64,000 nt of DNA from Candidatus Poseidoniales archaeon (lineage in GTDB: Archaea > Thermoplasmatota > Poseidoniia > Poseidoniales > Poseidoniaceae): positions 4,152 through 68,151 of the forward strand of contig QQSI01000040.1 in assembly GCA_003602645.1 (NCBI GenBank), read 5' to 3'. Within the stretch, counting starts at the first letter, position 1, and each line of letters opens with the position of its first letter. The position numbers and the translations under genes are program-made. The notes beneath the pieces were generated by a model, which saw only the letters and a program-made list of their open reading frames with translations, was not told the origin of the DNA and did not search any database. Below are positions 35,170 through 44,184 of the stretch, piece after piece.

Positions 35170-35647
35170 CTAAGGTCATGCCTCTGCTCGATGAACGATC
35201 AAGTTGAGTGGTGGTCTCCTCCGATGCTACGACCCAGAGTGAGATTCCAAGAACACGTTCGAACTTCTTAAGCACGCCATCGGTTGGTCTTTTTCCGGCT
35301 TCGGTTGATTTGATGATGTTGACCGTTTCAGCCATTCTTTTTCCAAGAGTCGCATGATTCCAGCCCTTGTTTTTCCTTGCTTGAGTGATCCTCTTGCCAA
35401 AATCGGATGCGAGTTCCTTTTCAGTCTTCAACATGATGTCCTTGCCTTTCTTGCCGCGTGCAGCGTAGGCCGAATTGTGAGCTGGCCTTGCATGCATTGA
35501 TTGAGCCTTGGCCAAACCTGGAGCCGTTTCCTTGGGGCCCAGGTTCATTCTTTCGATACAACGGGAGCATGCGGCCACTTCAGTCTTCCCTGTTTTTACC
35601 CGGCGAACACTCACTTTCATTGCGCCACACAATTCACAATCTGCCAT
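35144..35647 (-). CDS. Archaeal multiprotein-bridging factor 1 (aMBF1; Zn ribbon plus HTH)
   Basis: N-terminal CELCG...CSRC zinc ribbon. The C-terminal Cro/C1-type HTH reads ITQARKNKGWNHATLGKRMAETVNIIKSTEAGKRPTD. Confidence 0.8.
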   Translation of the reverse strand: MADCELCGAMKVSVRRVKTGKTEVAACSRCIERMNLGPKETAPGLAKAQSMHARPAHNSAYAARGKKGKDIMLKTEKELASDFGKRITQARKNKGWNHATLGKRMAETVNIIKSTEAGKRPTDGVLKKFERVLGISLWVVASEETTTQLDRSSSRGMTLGDYFNENS

Positions 35648-35734
35648 TTACCTCACTCCCTAGCGCATGGTTCGGTCGACAACCTTTGAAGGCTTCGTCT
35701 TTGATTGCTGCGTGTAAAATCTCCCGGTTTGTTC

Positions 35735-35740
35735 TTATAA
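35735..35740 (+). promoter_or_regulatory. TATA-like box upstream of pan
   Basis: TTATAA lies about 22 nt upstream of ATG 35759, consistent with a leaderless or short-leader archaeal transcript. Confidence 0.3.
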
Positions 35741-35758
35741 CCTAAGCAAGTGGGTACA

Positions 35759-36988
35759 ATGGTTAGCATGGGTACAGAGGTCGAACAGAATGCTCATTCC
35801 AGGGCACAACCTCATGAAGATGAGATCAAAACCCTTGAACTTGCATACTCTGATTTGCAAGACCAAGCCCAGAATTTGATCAATGAACGCTCCCAATTGG
35901 AAAGCGATATTCGTAACTTGAAGAAAAGAGCTCAGCGGCTCGATGATGAAGTTCGTTTGCTCAAGTCACCTCCGCTGATTATTGGGCATTTACAAGATGT
36001 GTTAGATGACCGTACAGCGATTGTTCGTTCATCAAATGGTACGGTTTTCCAAGTTTCACTTAACCAGCGCCTCGAACCCAAAACCCTCAAGCCTGGCACA
36101 CGGGTTGCCCTAAATCAAGACACACTTGCTGTAATTGAAGTGCTCCATGACGCTTGGGATCCAATGGTCAGTGGGGCTGAAATGGTCACTAAACCCGACA
36201 TTAATTATGATGCGGTTGCGGGACTGGATGAACAAGTAGAGTCTGTTCGAGAAGCGATTGAACTTCCGTTGACATCCCCAGAATTGTTCCACAAGGTTGG
36301 AATCACACCTCCAAAAGGAATTTTGCTTGTAGGGCCACCCGGATGTGGAAAGACCCTCCTCGCAAAAGCCGTTGCCAATCAAACAGATGCGACATTTATC
36401 CGAATGGTCGGGAGCGAATTAGCTCAGAAATACATTGGGGAAGGTGGTCGAATGGTCCGAGAATTGTTTTCCCTCGCTAAAGACAAATCACCTTCAATTA
36501 TCTTCTTGGATGAAATTGATGCAATTGGGGCTAAGCGTTTGGATGGTTCAACCAGTGGTGACCGAGAAGTGCAACGGACCCTCATGCAATTGCTAGCAGA
36601 ATTGGATGGATTTGACGCTTTAGAAGATGTCAAAATTATTGCTGCAACCAACCGGCCCGATATTCTGGATGATGCCCTCCTGCGCCCTGGTCGATTTGAC
36701 AGAATCATTACCATACCTCTCCCGGATGAAAAGGGACGTAAAGCAATCTTATCGTTGCACATATCAGCCATGTCCACAAAAAGAATCAATCTACAACGTA
36801 TTGTCGAAAAAACAGAAGGCTATTCAGGCGCTGAACTCAAAGCAACATGTGTTGAAGCCGGGATGATCGCGATTCGTGATGGTCGTAGTTCAATCACAAA
36901 CGACGATCTTCTTCAAGCAGTCGTTCGGATCAACGAAAAGAAAAGCAATGGAGGCCGCAGCGCATCTCCTGATGCACTCTATTCGTGA
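35759..36988 (+). CDS. pan: Proteasome-activating nucleotidase (AAA+ ATPase PAN)
   Basis: N-terminal coiled coil, an OB segment, Walker A GPPGCGKTLLAKAVA, Walker B IIFLDEIDA, the second region of homology ATNRPDILDDALLRPGRFDR, and a C-terminal HbYX-like LYS. Confidence 0.9.
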   Translation: MVSMGTEVEQNAHSRAQPHEDEIKTLELAYSDLQDQAQNLINERSQLESDIRNLKKRAQRLDDEVRLLKSPPLIIGHLQDVLDDRTAIVRSSNGTVFQVSLNQRLEPKTLKPGTRVALNQDTLAVIEVLHDAWDPMVSGAEMVTKPDINYDAVAGLDEQVESVREAIELPLTSPELFHKVGITPPKGILLVGPPGCGKTLLAKAVANQTDATFIRMVGSELAQKYIGEGGRMVRELFSLAKDKSPSIIFLDEIDAIGAKRLDGSTSGDREVQRTLMQLLAELDGFDALEDVKIIAATNRPDILDDALLRPGRFDRIITIPLPDEKGRKAILSLHISAMSTKRINLQRIVEKTEGYSGAELKATCVEAGMIAIRDGRSSITNDDLLQAVVRINEKKSNGGRSASPDALYS

Positions 36989-37042
36989 TTTTATTGCAAA
37001 TTGCAGTGAACATTGAAGGTCCGAGTAGGCTGGACAACAGAC

Positions 37043-38089
37043 ATGCACCCCCTCGTCGAATGCGTACCTAATATTTCAGAAGGCAGAGATGCTGAGAAAA
37101 TCCAACGGATCGTGGCCGCCGCATCCACATTCGATGGGTGCTCAGTTTTGGGTGTCGAACCTGATGCTGATTACAACCGAACTGTAATCACAATCGCAGG
37201 GTCGCCTGAATCGGTTGCTTCGGCAGCCTTCGCCCTTGTTTCCATGGCCATTGCGGAAATTGATATGCGTTCCCATAGCGGAGAACACCCAAGGCTAGGT
37301 GCCGTCGATGTTTGTCCGTTTGTCCCACTGGCAGACACCACAATGGATCAATGTGCCGAACTTGCAAGATCGCTTGCCAAGCGGGTAGCGGAGGAATTGG
37401 ATGTTCCAACTTTCTTGTACGGTGCAGCGGCCACACATCCTGCAAAATCCCTCCTATCCTCGATTCGCAAAGGTGAATATGAGGGGCTGGAAAATCGCCT
37501 TACAAATGGAAACTCTCCGCATGATGAGCACACCAGATACCCAGATTTTGGTCCAAGAGATTGGTCCGAGGGTGTAGCGCGATCTGGGGGTTTGACGTTT
37601 GGGGCACGAGAAATTCTCGTAGCCTACAATGTTAATTTGAACGAGTCTGACGCGAAAGTAGCTCGTTTGGTTGGGTCATTAGTGCGATCATCCGGCCGTT
37701 TGGTCAAGAAAGACGATGGACGAAGAATGAGGATCCCTGGTTCGTTGCCGATGGTTCAAGGCATGGGTGTCCCTCTGGAATCCCACGGTATTAGTCAAGT
37801 TTCTATGAACCTCAGGGATGTCAATCAGTGCCCAATGCATGTGGCCTTTGAGGCTTGCAAATCAATCGCGATGGACCATGGCGTGGAGGTACCTGGAAGC
37901 GAGGTTGTTGGTCTAGTTCCACTTTCTGCAATTTTGACCGCAGGCCAATGGTATGCCAAGGATGGGGAAACCAATGAATCTGCACTGGTGGACGCGGCCA
38001 TTCGAGGTCTAGGATTGGACAATTTGAATGCGTTTGACCCGAAAGAACGGATTATTGAATATGCACTCAAGGAAGGTGAAATCGAGTGA
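37043..38089 (+). CDS. Glutamate formimidoyltransferase (FTCD N-terminal-domain homologue)
   Basis: LVECVPNISEGRD, DADYNRTVITIAG and HPRLGAVDVCPFVPL are formiminotransferase strings. Start set at MHPLVECVPN. Confidence 0.85.
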   Translation: MHPLVECVPNISEGRDAEKIQRIVAAASTFDGCSVLGVEPDADYNRTVITIAGSPESVASAAFALVSMAIAEIDMRSHSGEHPRLGAVDVCPFVPLADTTMDQCAELARSLAKRVAEELDVPTFLYGAAATHPAKSLLSSIRKGEYEGLENRLTNGNSPHDEHTRYPDFGPRDWSEGVARSGGLTFGAREILVAYNVNLNESDAKVARLVGSLVRSSGRLVKKDDGRRMRIPGSLPMVQGMGVPLESHGISQVSMNLRDVNQCPMHVAFEACKSIAMDHGVEVPGSEVVGLVPLSAILTAGQWYAKDGETNESALVDAAIRGLGLDNLNAFDPKERIIEYALKEGEIE

Positions 38090-38715
38090 ATTGGATGGAT
38101 CTCACTCTAGAAGAGTTCCAGAACCATCTGGCGTCAGACGATCCAACTCCGGGGGGTGGCACCGCAGCAGCAATTGCCTTGGGTCAAGCGGCAGCACTCA
38201 CCGAAATGGTTGCTGGCCTAACATTGGGTAGAGAAAAATGGCAATCTGGGTGGGTTGCTGCTGAAACTGCTCGTGCGGTAGCACGACGGGTCATGGTGCG
38301 TTCAGGTGAACTCGCCAAAGAAGACAGTCAGGCCTTCGACTCTGTGGTTGCCGGATTTAAAATGCCAAAATCAACGGAGGAAGAAAAGGATGCTCGTCGG
38401 CAATCCATTCGGCTTGCGACCTTGCATGCTGCCGAGGTACCATTAGCGACATCCCAGCATGGAATGGAATTGCTGAATGTCCTTTCAAGTTTAGCAACCC
38501 ATGGCAATGCAAATGCTGCTTCTGACGTAGGAGTGGCCTCCCTTCTTGCCAGTGCGGCAGTCAAGGGTGCACTTTTCAACGTGGACATCAATGTAGCAGC
38601 ACTTCCGGTTGATATGGCCCAGCATGTCATCGAACAGTGCGCTGGGATGCGTGAAGAATGCAGCAGAATCTCACGCCTCGTCATGCATGCGGTTCATGAG
38701 AGGATTAATTCTTGA
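38086..38715 (+). CDS. Formimidoyltetrahydrofolate cyclodeaminase (FTCD C-terminal-domain homologue)
   Basis: LEEFQNHLASDDPTPGGGTAAAIALGQAAALTEMV...D..AF......K.P fits the cyclodeaminase/cyclohydrolase family pattern. Its GTG overlaps the upstream stop (GTGA). Confidence 0.8.
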   Translation: MNWMDLTLEEFQNHLASDDPTPGGGTAAAIALGQAAALTEMVAGLTLGREKWQSGWVAAETARAVARRVMVRSGELAKEDSQAFDSVVAGFKMPKSTEEEKDARRQSIRLATLHAAEVPLATSQHGMELLNVLSSLATHGNANAASDVGVASLLASAAVKGALFNVDINVAALPVDMAQHVIEQCAGMREECSRISRLVMHAVHERINS

Positions 38716-40992
38716 TCAACGGACTTGTGACCCTGTTGATATGTCGCCATCTATGGTGATGAGGCGAACGTTGTCCTCCCCATCATCTGCCGCCAACATC
38801 ATGCCTTCCGAAACAACACCGCGAAGTGGGCGTGGTTTTAGATTCGCAACAAAAACAATCGATTTCCCTTGCATTTCTTCTGAGGAATAATATGCTTTGA
38901 GTCCAGCGCAAATGGTCCTACCACTCTCTGTACCATCATCAATAGACACAACATACAGCCGATCGGCGTTTGGATGGTCCTCAACCTTGGTAATTTTACC
39001 TACTCTAAGATCGACTTCCATGAATGTTTCAAAATTCAAATAGGTTATTCCTTCTGGTGCTTCTGGCATATTTTGTTCCTCCTTGGTCTTGCTTTTTGCT
39101 TTCTTCCCACCTTTGATGGCGAGTGTGGCGGGTGTTGAGGATGTGTCTTTTTCCACTAAAGCCTGTTCGGATTCGAGAATTTCATCGAGGTCCAATCGCT
39201 TGAACAAAGGAACCGCTTCATTTGAGTTCCAAGTCATCGGAGCGTCCCAATCTAGAGCTTCACTCCAATCAGCCTCGGAAACTTCTCCGCTTTGTCCGAG
39301 AGCTTCCCAAAGGCGTTGGGCGCTAAAGGGCATGAATGGCTGTGTTGTGATGGCTAGGTAGCGAGCAATACGCCAACCAAACGCGAGGTCTGACAATGAG
39401 CGTGATCGATTTTCAGAAGGAGTATCATCCTTGAGGAACTTCCATGGCGTTGCTGCCTGAAGCATTTGGTTTCCATATTGAGCTGCATTCATGACAAAAC
39501 GAAGTGCCTCTTTGTAACGGTGTTTTTCCAGTGAGGCTGTAATGGAGGCGTGTAAACTTTCCAACTTCTCTTGGTGAGGTCTTGTGTAATCCACATTCTC
39601 ACATGGTGCGAGCGGGCCGTTCTTGCTGGTCGGCAATCGATGACCGAGGGTAAGGACGCGATGGACAAAATTACCGTAGGCTGCTATCAATTCGCTGTTA
39701 ATTTTTTCAACAAAATCAGGCCAGTTGAAATCCGTATCGTGGTTTTCAGGCATGTTGATGCTGAGGTAGTACCTCAGGGTATCAGGGTCGAAGCGTTCTA
39801 AAAATGATGGTAACCACACAGCATGTTTCCGTGATTTGGAAAATTGCCCTCCTGCTAACATGAGGTATTCCATTGCAGGGACGTTCGTTTCTAAAGCCAT
39901 TTCACCCGGTCCAGGCAATTCGATTGGATCGTCAATGGTTAATCCCTTACTGGCTTGATTGAGACCTAAAATTAGGGCTGGCCAAATGACTGTATGAAAC
40001 GGTATGTTGTCCTTACCGAGGAAATACAAATGACGTGGCTTCGTTCCATCTTCTGCTACCTGCCACCATTGCTTCCATGCATCTTTACCATCAGGGTGAG
40101 AGGCACCAGCCGCCACCGTTTCTGCCCAAATCCGAGCGCAGGTGGAATACCCTTGCACAGCTTCAAACCAAACATAGACGCATTTTCCATCCCATTGTTT
40201 CTCATCGAGTGGAAGAGGTATGCCCCAAGAGAGATCTCGTGTCACAGCCCTCGGCCTTAGACCCATATCCAGCCATTGTTTTGTCATGGCCTTGACGTTG
40301 GATTTCCATACTTTTTGTTGTTCGCTCGCATGATGTTCGAGAGCCGTTTGAAAGGCATCCAAACGGTAGAAAAGATGTTCTGTATCGCGAACCTCAATTT
40401 TTGCTTCAGGGTTCATTTTCGATATTGGTTGTAGCAATTCCTCTGCCTCATACGTCGCCCCGCAAGCATCACATTGGTCGCCACGGGCACCATCTGAACC
40501 ACAAGAGGGGCAAACCCCCTCAACATATCGGTCTGGAAGGAAGCGCCCACTCCCGTCCGCGTTCGTTTCATAATATTGCTTCATTGTCTTCTGTTCAAAG
40601 AAACCTGCTTCAAGCAAGGATGTGAAATTATCTTGCACCATAGTTTTGTGACGCTCATCGGTTGTCCGATTAAACAAGGAACCCCCGTATTCGACACCCC
40701 GTGGATCAATTCGTGGCTCCCATGAGCATCCCAAGTCAAGCAATGCTTGGGTGTTCAGTGCGTGATATTGATCCACAATATCTTGGGGTGAAACACCATT
40801 CTGCTCAGCTGAGACCGTGATCGGTGTGCCGTGTTCATCAGAGCCAGAAACCATGAGGACTCTATTGCCTCGGGCGCGTTCAAATCGGGCTTGTATATCG
40901 GGAGGGAGGTAGCACCCTGCAACATGGCCGAGATGGAGGGGGCCGTTAGCGTATGGCCAAGCGACACAAATCAACACATAGTCGTCGGTCAT
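38716..40992 (-). CDS. metG: Methionyl-tRNA synthetase with a C-terminal tRNA-binding (Trbp111/EMAPII-like) domain
   Basis: PYANGPLHLGHV (HIGH), Zn knuckles CPSCGS...CDACG, FSKSRKH (KMSKS), and the C-terminal GKITKVEDHPNADRLYVVSIDDG. Confidence 0.9.
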   Translation of the reverse strand: MTDDYVLICVAWPYANGPLHLGHVAGCYLPPDIQARFERARGNRVLMVSGSDEHGTPITVSAEQNGVSPQDIVDQYHALNTQALLDLGCSWEPRIDPRGVEYGGSLFNRTTDERHKTMVQDNFTSLLEAGFFEQKTMKQYYETNADGSGRFLPDRYVEGVCPSCGSDGARGDQCDACGATYEAEELLQPISKMNPEAKIEVRDTEHLFYRLDAFQTALEHHASEQQKVWKSNVKAMTKQWLDMGLRPRAVTRDLSWGIPLPLDEKQWDGKCVYVWFEAVQGYSTCARIWAETVAAGASHPDGKDAWKQWWQVAEDGTKPRHLYFLGKDNIPFHTVIWPALILGLNQASKGLTIDDPIELPGPGEMALETNVPAMEYLMLAGGQFSKSRKHAVWLPSFLERFDPDTLRYYLSINMPENHDTDFNWPDFVEKINSELIAAYGNFVHRVLTLGHRLPTSKNGPLAPCENVDYTRPHQEKLESLHASITASLEKHRYKEALRFVMNAAQYGNQMLQAATPWKFLKDDTPSENRSRSLSDLAFGWRIARYLAITTQPFMPFSAQRLWEALGQSGEVSEADWSEALDWDAPMTWNSNEAVPLFKRLDLDEILESEQALVEKDTSSTPATLAIKGGKKAKSKTKEEQNMPEAPEGITYLNFETFMEVDLRVGKITKVEDHPNADRLYVVSIDDGTESGRTICAGLKAYYSSEEMQGKSIVFVANLKPRPLRGVVSEGMMLAADDGEDNVRLITIDGDISTGSQVR

Positions 40993-41176
40993 ACTGCTTG
41001 TACGGGCGTAGGACTACGACTTAAACTCATCATTCGCACGATATCCAAAAATGACCGATGGGCATACTGAGGCTATCGCCGACCGCATTTTTCATGTTCC
41101 AACCTAGCGTCATTTTGAAGAACCCACCGGTCTTGGATGAGTTTACACCCGAAAGGTCAGGGGCTCTCGAAAATCC

Positions 41177-42265
41177 ATGGATTACTCAGCAATGGCAGCG
41201 GTCGTAAACGCATCTAACAGCACTGGTGATGGGGATATCACCCTCCTTCTCTTCTATGTTTCACTCGCCTTGGGCGTGTCATTTCTCTGTTCAATATTGG
41301 AAGCTGTTGTTCTATCGATCCCACACACCCAAATTGCGATGTGGGAAAAGGATGGACGCTCGGAGGGCTCTGTTTGGTCATCTCTAAAATCGGATGATGC
41401 CGTTAAACCACTCACAGCAATTCTCACCCTCAACACCATCGCCCACACGATGGGTGCTGCAGGTGTTGGTTCTGAAGTTGCCAAAATTTGGGGCAGTGAA
41501 GTCCTCACCGGCGCCTCAATCGTTCTCACATTACTCGTTTTGTTCCTCTCAGAAATCATACCCAAGACTTTGGGGACTGCCTATTGGAGGCAACTTGCAC
41601 GGCCAACGGGTTGGATTTTGAAGAACCTCACATTCCTACTCAGTTTCCTTATCGTTCCGATTCAAATGCTCAAATCAGTATTGCCAAAGGGCGATTACAC
41701 TCTTGTCACACGTGACGATGTAGCTGCACTTGCGGACTTAGGAGAAGAAGAGGGCATCATTGAGAAAGATGAAGAAACCGTCATTCATAATTTATTGAAA
41801 TTGCGAGAAATGCATGTGGGAGAAATTATGACACCGCGTGTGGTTATGACCGCGTTTGAAACAACCCAGACCATCAAATCTGTTCTCGATGAACATAAAA
41901 TCATTCGAGTCTCAAGAATCCCTGTCTTTGATGAAACCGTCGATGATATTTCGGGAATTGTGATCCGTTCTGAGTTGCTCATGGCAGCAAGCCGGGATGA
42001 GTGGGATGTCACGATGGCTGATCTACGAAAAGATGTGATGTTCCTTGATGCCAAATCCTCTGTCGATCATGCATTAGAGATGTTTTTGTCCCAGCGACAA
42101 CAATTCGCAGTTGTTCGCGATGAATTTGGCGGCACAGCGGGTCTTGTCACCATGGAAGACGTTTTAGAAACTCTGTTGGGTGAAGAGATTGTTGATGAAT
42201 TGGATGAAGTCGACGACATGCGCGAACTAGCTCGTGTACAAGCAGATTCACAAGAGCAAGAATGA
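41177..42265 (+). CDS. CNNM/DUF21 transmembrane domain plus CBS-pair protein (putative Mg2+/Co2+ efflux, CorB-like)
   Basis: A 4-TM DUF21 region (SEIIPKTLG), then a CBS pair (VGEIMTPR..., RIPVF, VVRDEFGGTAGLVTMEDVLE). No CorC_HlyC tail. Confidence 0.8.
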   Translation: MDYSAMAAVVNASNSTGDGDITLLLFYVSLALGVSFLCSILEAVVLSIPHTQIAMWEKDGRSEGSVWSSLKSDDAVKPLTAILTLNTIAHTMGAAGVGSEVAKIWGSEVLTGASIVLTLLVLFLSEIIPKTLGTAYWRQLARPTGWILKNLTFLLSFLIVPIQMLKSVLPKGDYTLVTRDDVAALADLGEEEGIIEKDEETVIHNLLKLREMHVGEIMTPRVVMTAFETTQTIKSVLDEHKIIRVSRIPVFDETVDDISGIVIRSELLMAASRDEWDVTMADLRKDVMFLDAKSSVDHALEMFLSQRQQFAVVRDEFGGTAGLVTMEDVLETLLGEEIVDELDEVDDMRELARVQADSQEQE

Positions 42266-43258
42266 TTACACCGTCTTGCTCAACCATTCCTCAATCAGTT
42301 GATTCCTCTCTGGATGTATTTTTGCACCTGTATGAGTGAGCCCCTTTAACCGATGCGCGGTGAGTAAGTCTGATTCTCCCCGCTGTTTGTAAGTCAAAAC
42401 CAAGCGGTTGAAATGCTCCATGCCAAGGCGTTGATCTGGATCTGCTTGAATGCAAAGAACTGGAATTGACGGTCCACCCCACAGGGGCAGATCAAATTCA
42501 TCCATAGACCGGAACTCGGACCTTGGCGTAATTGAGGCATTAAACCGTTGAATAAGCCGTCGTTGATACGGGTATTTCAAGAGAGAAGGGATGCGTAAAC
42601 GAATGGAAATCTCCTCTAAAATAGGGCTGTACATCGTCATTGGGGATTCTAAAATGAGAGCGGTAAAAGGCTGGGAGCCAATGCGTAATCCAGGTTGGTT
42701 GAGCAGTCTTAAGCCGATGAAACCGCCCATACTGTGGCCATAGTACATTGAATATTGAATCATATCATGTCGGGCAAGTTGCTCGATGTTTCGGCAAACA
42801 TGCTCGACGGCCTGCATGGATTTGTATGCGGACCATACGGGGTGGGTATCCGATGAACCGTGGCTTGGTAATTCAATCATAAGAACGTGCCAACCACGAT
42901 TCGCAAACCATATTCCACGATCGCTCACAGATGCTGATGAAGCCCTCCATCCATGGACCAAAACGAGCAAAGGTGCAGGTGTTTCCTTCCAATGTGAGAT
43001 TGTATGGACCATTCGAGACTCAAATGTAAATCCGTTTTGTTGCCACCCGTCTGCCACGAATGACGGTTTTGCGCGTCCCGGTGTCAAGAAACTAAGCGAA
43101 ACAAATGAATCAATCACTGCATTGTAAGCAAAAAATATCCCCAAAGGAATGAGAATTGGGTAAGGGGCATTGTAAAAAAAACCTGTAAACCCTGTAGAGA
43201 TCAACAGAAGAAACCATATCAATGGCTTCGCTATTAGAAGGGGTGCCATATGAATCAA
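42266..43258 (-). CDS. Membrane-anchored alpha/beta-hydrolase
   Basis: Two N-terminal TM helices, then LVLVHGWRAS (oxyanion region) and the nucleophile elbow GHSMGG. Confidence 0.7.
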   Translation of the reverse strand: MIHMAPLLIAKPLIWFLLLISTGFTGFFYNAPYPILIPLGIFFAYNAVIDSFVSLSFLTPGRAKPSFVADGWQQNGFTFESRMVHTISHWKETPAPLLVLVHGWRASSASVSDRGIWFANRGWHVLMIELPSHGSSDTHPVWSAYKSMQAVEHVCRNIEQLARHDMIQYSMYYGHSMGGFIGLRLLNQPGLRIGSQPFTALILESPMTMYSPILEEISIRLRIPSLLKYPYQRRLIQRFNASITPRSEFRSMDEFDLPLWGGPSIPVLCIQADPDQRLGMEHFNRLVLTYKQRGESDLLTAHRLKGLTHTGAKIHPERNQLIEEWLSKTV

Positions 43259-43269
43259 TGTTCAAAAGG

Positions 43270-44184
43270 TCACTGAGGTGAGGCTTCTTTGGAAGCCTCC
43301 TCTTTCTTATCGTCTTTCCCTGTGGTGGTTTCTTTGGTGGCATCCTTAGGTGAATCCTCTTGTGCGAGGGCTGCTTCCTTCTTTTCAGCACGCCTCTTAG
43401 CAGCTTTTTCTTGGCGCTTTTGGAAGGAGTCACCGAAGTTTGCCATGCTTTCAAGCCGTAGGGCGATGCCAGAGAGTTCCTCATCCTCTGCACGGACATA
43501 TTTGACAAGGTAGGCGCCAAACAACATGTCGTAGAGGCCTTGATTTTGGTCGCTGTTTTTCTTGAATCTGCCATCAATAATGCGGATTGAGAACAAGATG
43601 ATACCCAGGACAAGCAATCCGATGGCAACTGGGTTGGCTTTACCTGCCGTGTCGAAGAGGTTACCCATGTTGATAATGACCAATGATAATCCTACAAGCG
43701 CCATCAGTCCTACCGAATTGACAAGGAATCCATGCAATGGGTTAGGTTTGGCATCTGCTGATGTGATGTAGCGCGTTCTTGACATGAAATTTCCAAGTGT
43801 TCGACCGGTCATAATCGGGATAACAAATACATTTGTGATGATCATCAGGAGTGCTCCAATAGCGGGTATGGTAGGGGTCGAGCCCATGACTGAGAGGAAA
43901 ATGGCTCCAAAGAGGACACCGAAATTCCAGATGAAATTCATCAACCAGGCTAAAAATCTAGAGTTTTGTGTGGCAATTTCATACCCTTCAGGGAGTCCAG
44001 CAGTGCTTAATTTGGGTTTCTTAACACGTGGTGCACGAGGGGTTTTTTCAGCCTTTGCGGCCTTGACAGGTTTTGCGACAGCAGTGGCTTTTTTGGGTAT
44101 AGCTTTGGCCACTGCCTTTTTGGGCGCTTCCTTTGTTTCACTGCCTGCTGTGTTTGCCTTGTCTAGTAGTCCCATTGTGGTCAC
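43270..44184 (-). CDS. RDD-family-like membrane protein with Lys-rich termini
   Basis: Three to four TM helices, with IMTGRTLGNFMSRTRYI and LYDMLFGAYLV resembling RDD-domain motifs. The N- and C-termini are KA/KE-rich. The start overlaps the upstream stop by 4 nt. Confidence 0.5.
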   Translation of the reverse strand: MTTMGLLDKANTAGSETKEAPKKAVAKAIPKKATAVAKPVKAAKAEKTPRAPRVKKPKLSTAGLPEGYEIATQNSRFLAWLMNFIWNFGVLFGAIFLSVMGSTPTIPAIGALLMIITNVFVIPIMTGRTLGNFMSRTRYITSADAKPNPLHGFLVNSVGLMALVGLSLVIINMGNLFDTAGKANPVAIGLLVLGIILFSIRIIDGRFKKNSDQNQGLYDMLFGAYLVKYVRAEDEELSGIALRLESMANFGDSFQKRQEKAAKRRAEKKEAALAQEDSPKDATKETTTGKDDKKEEASKEASPQ

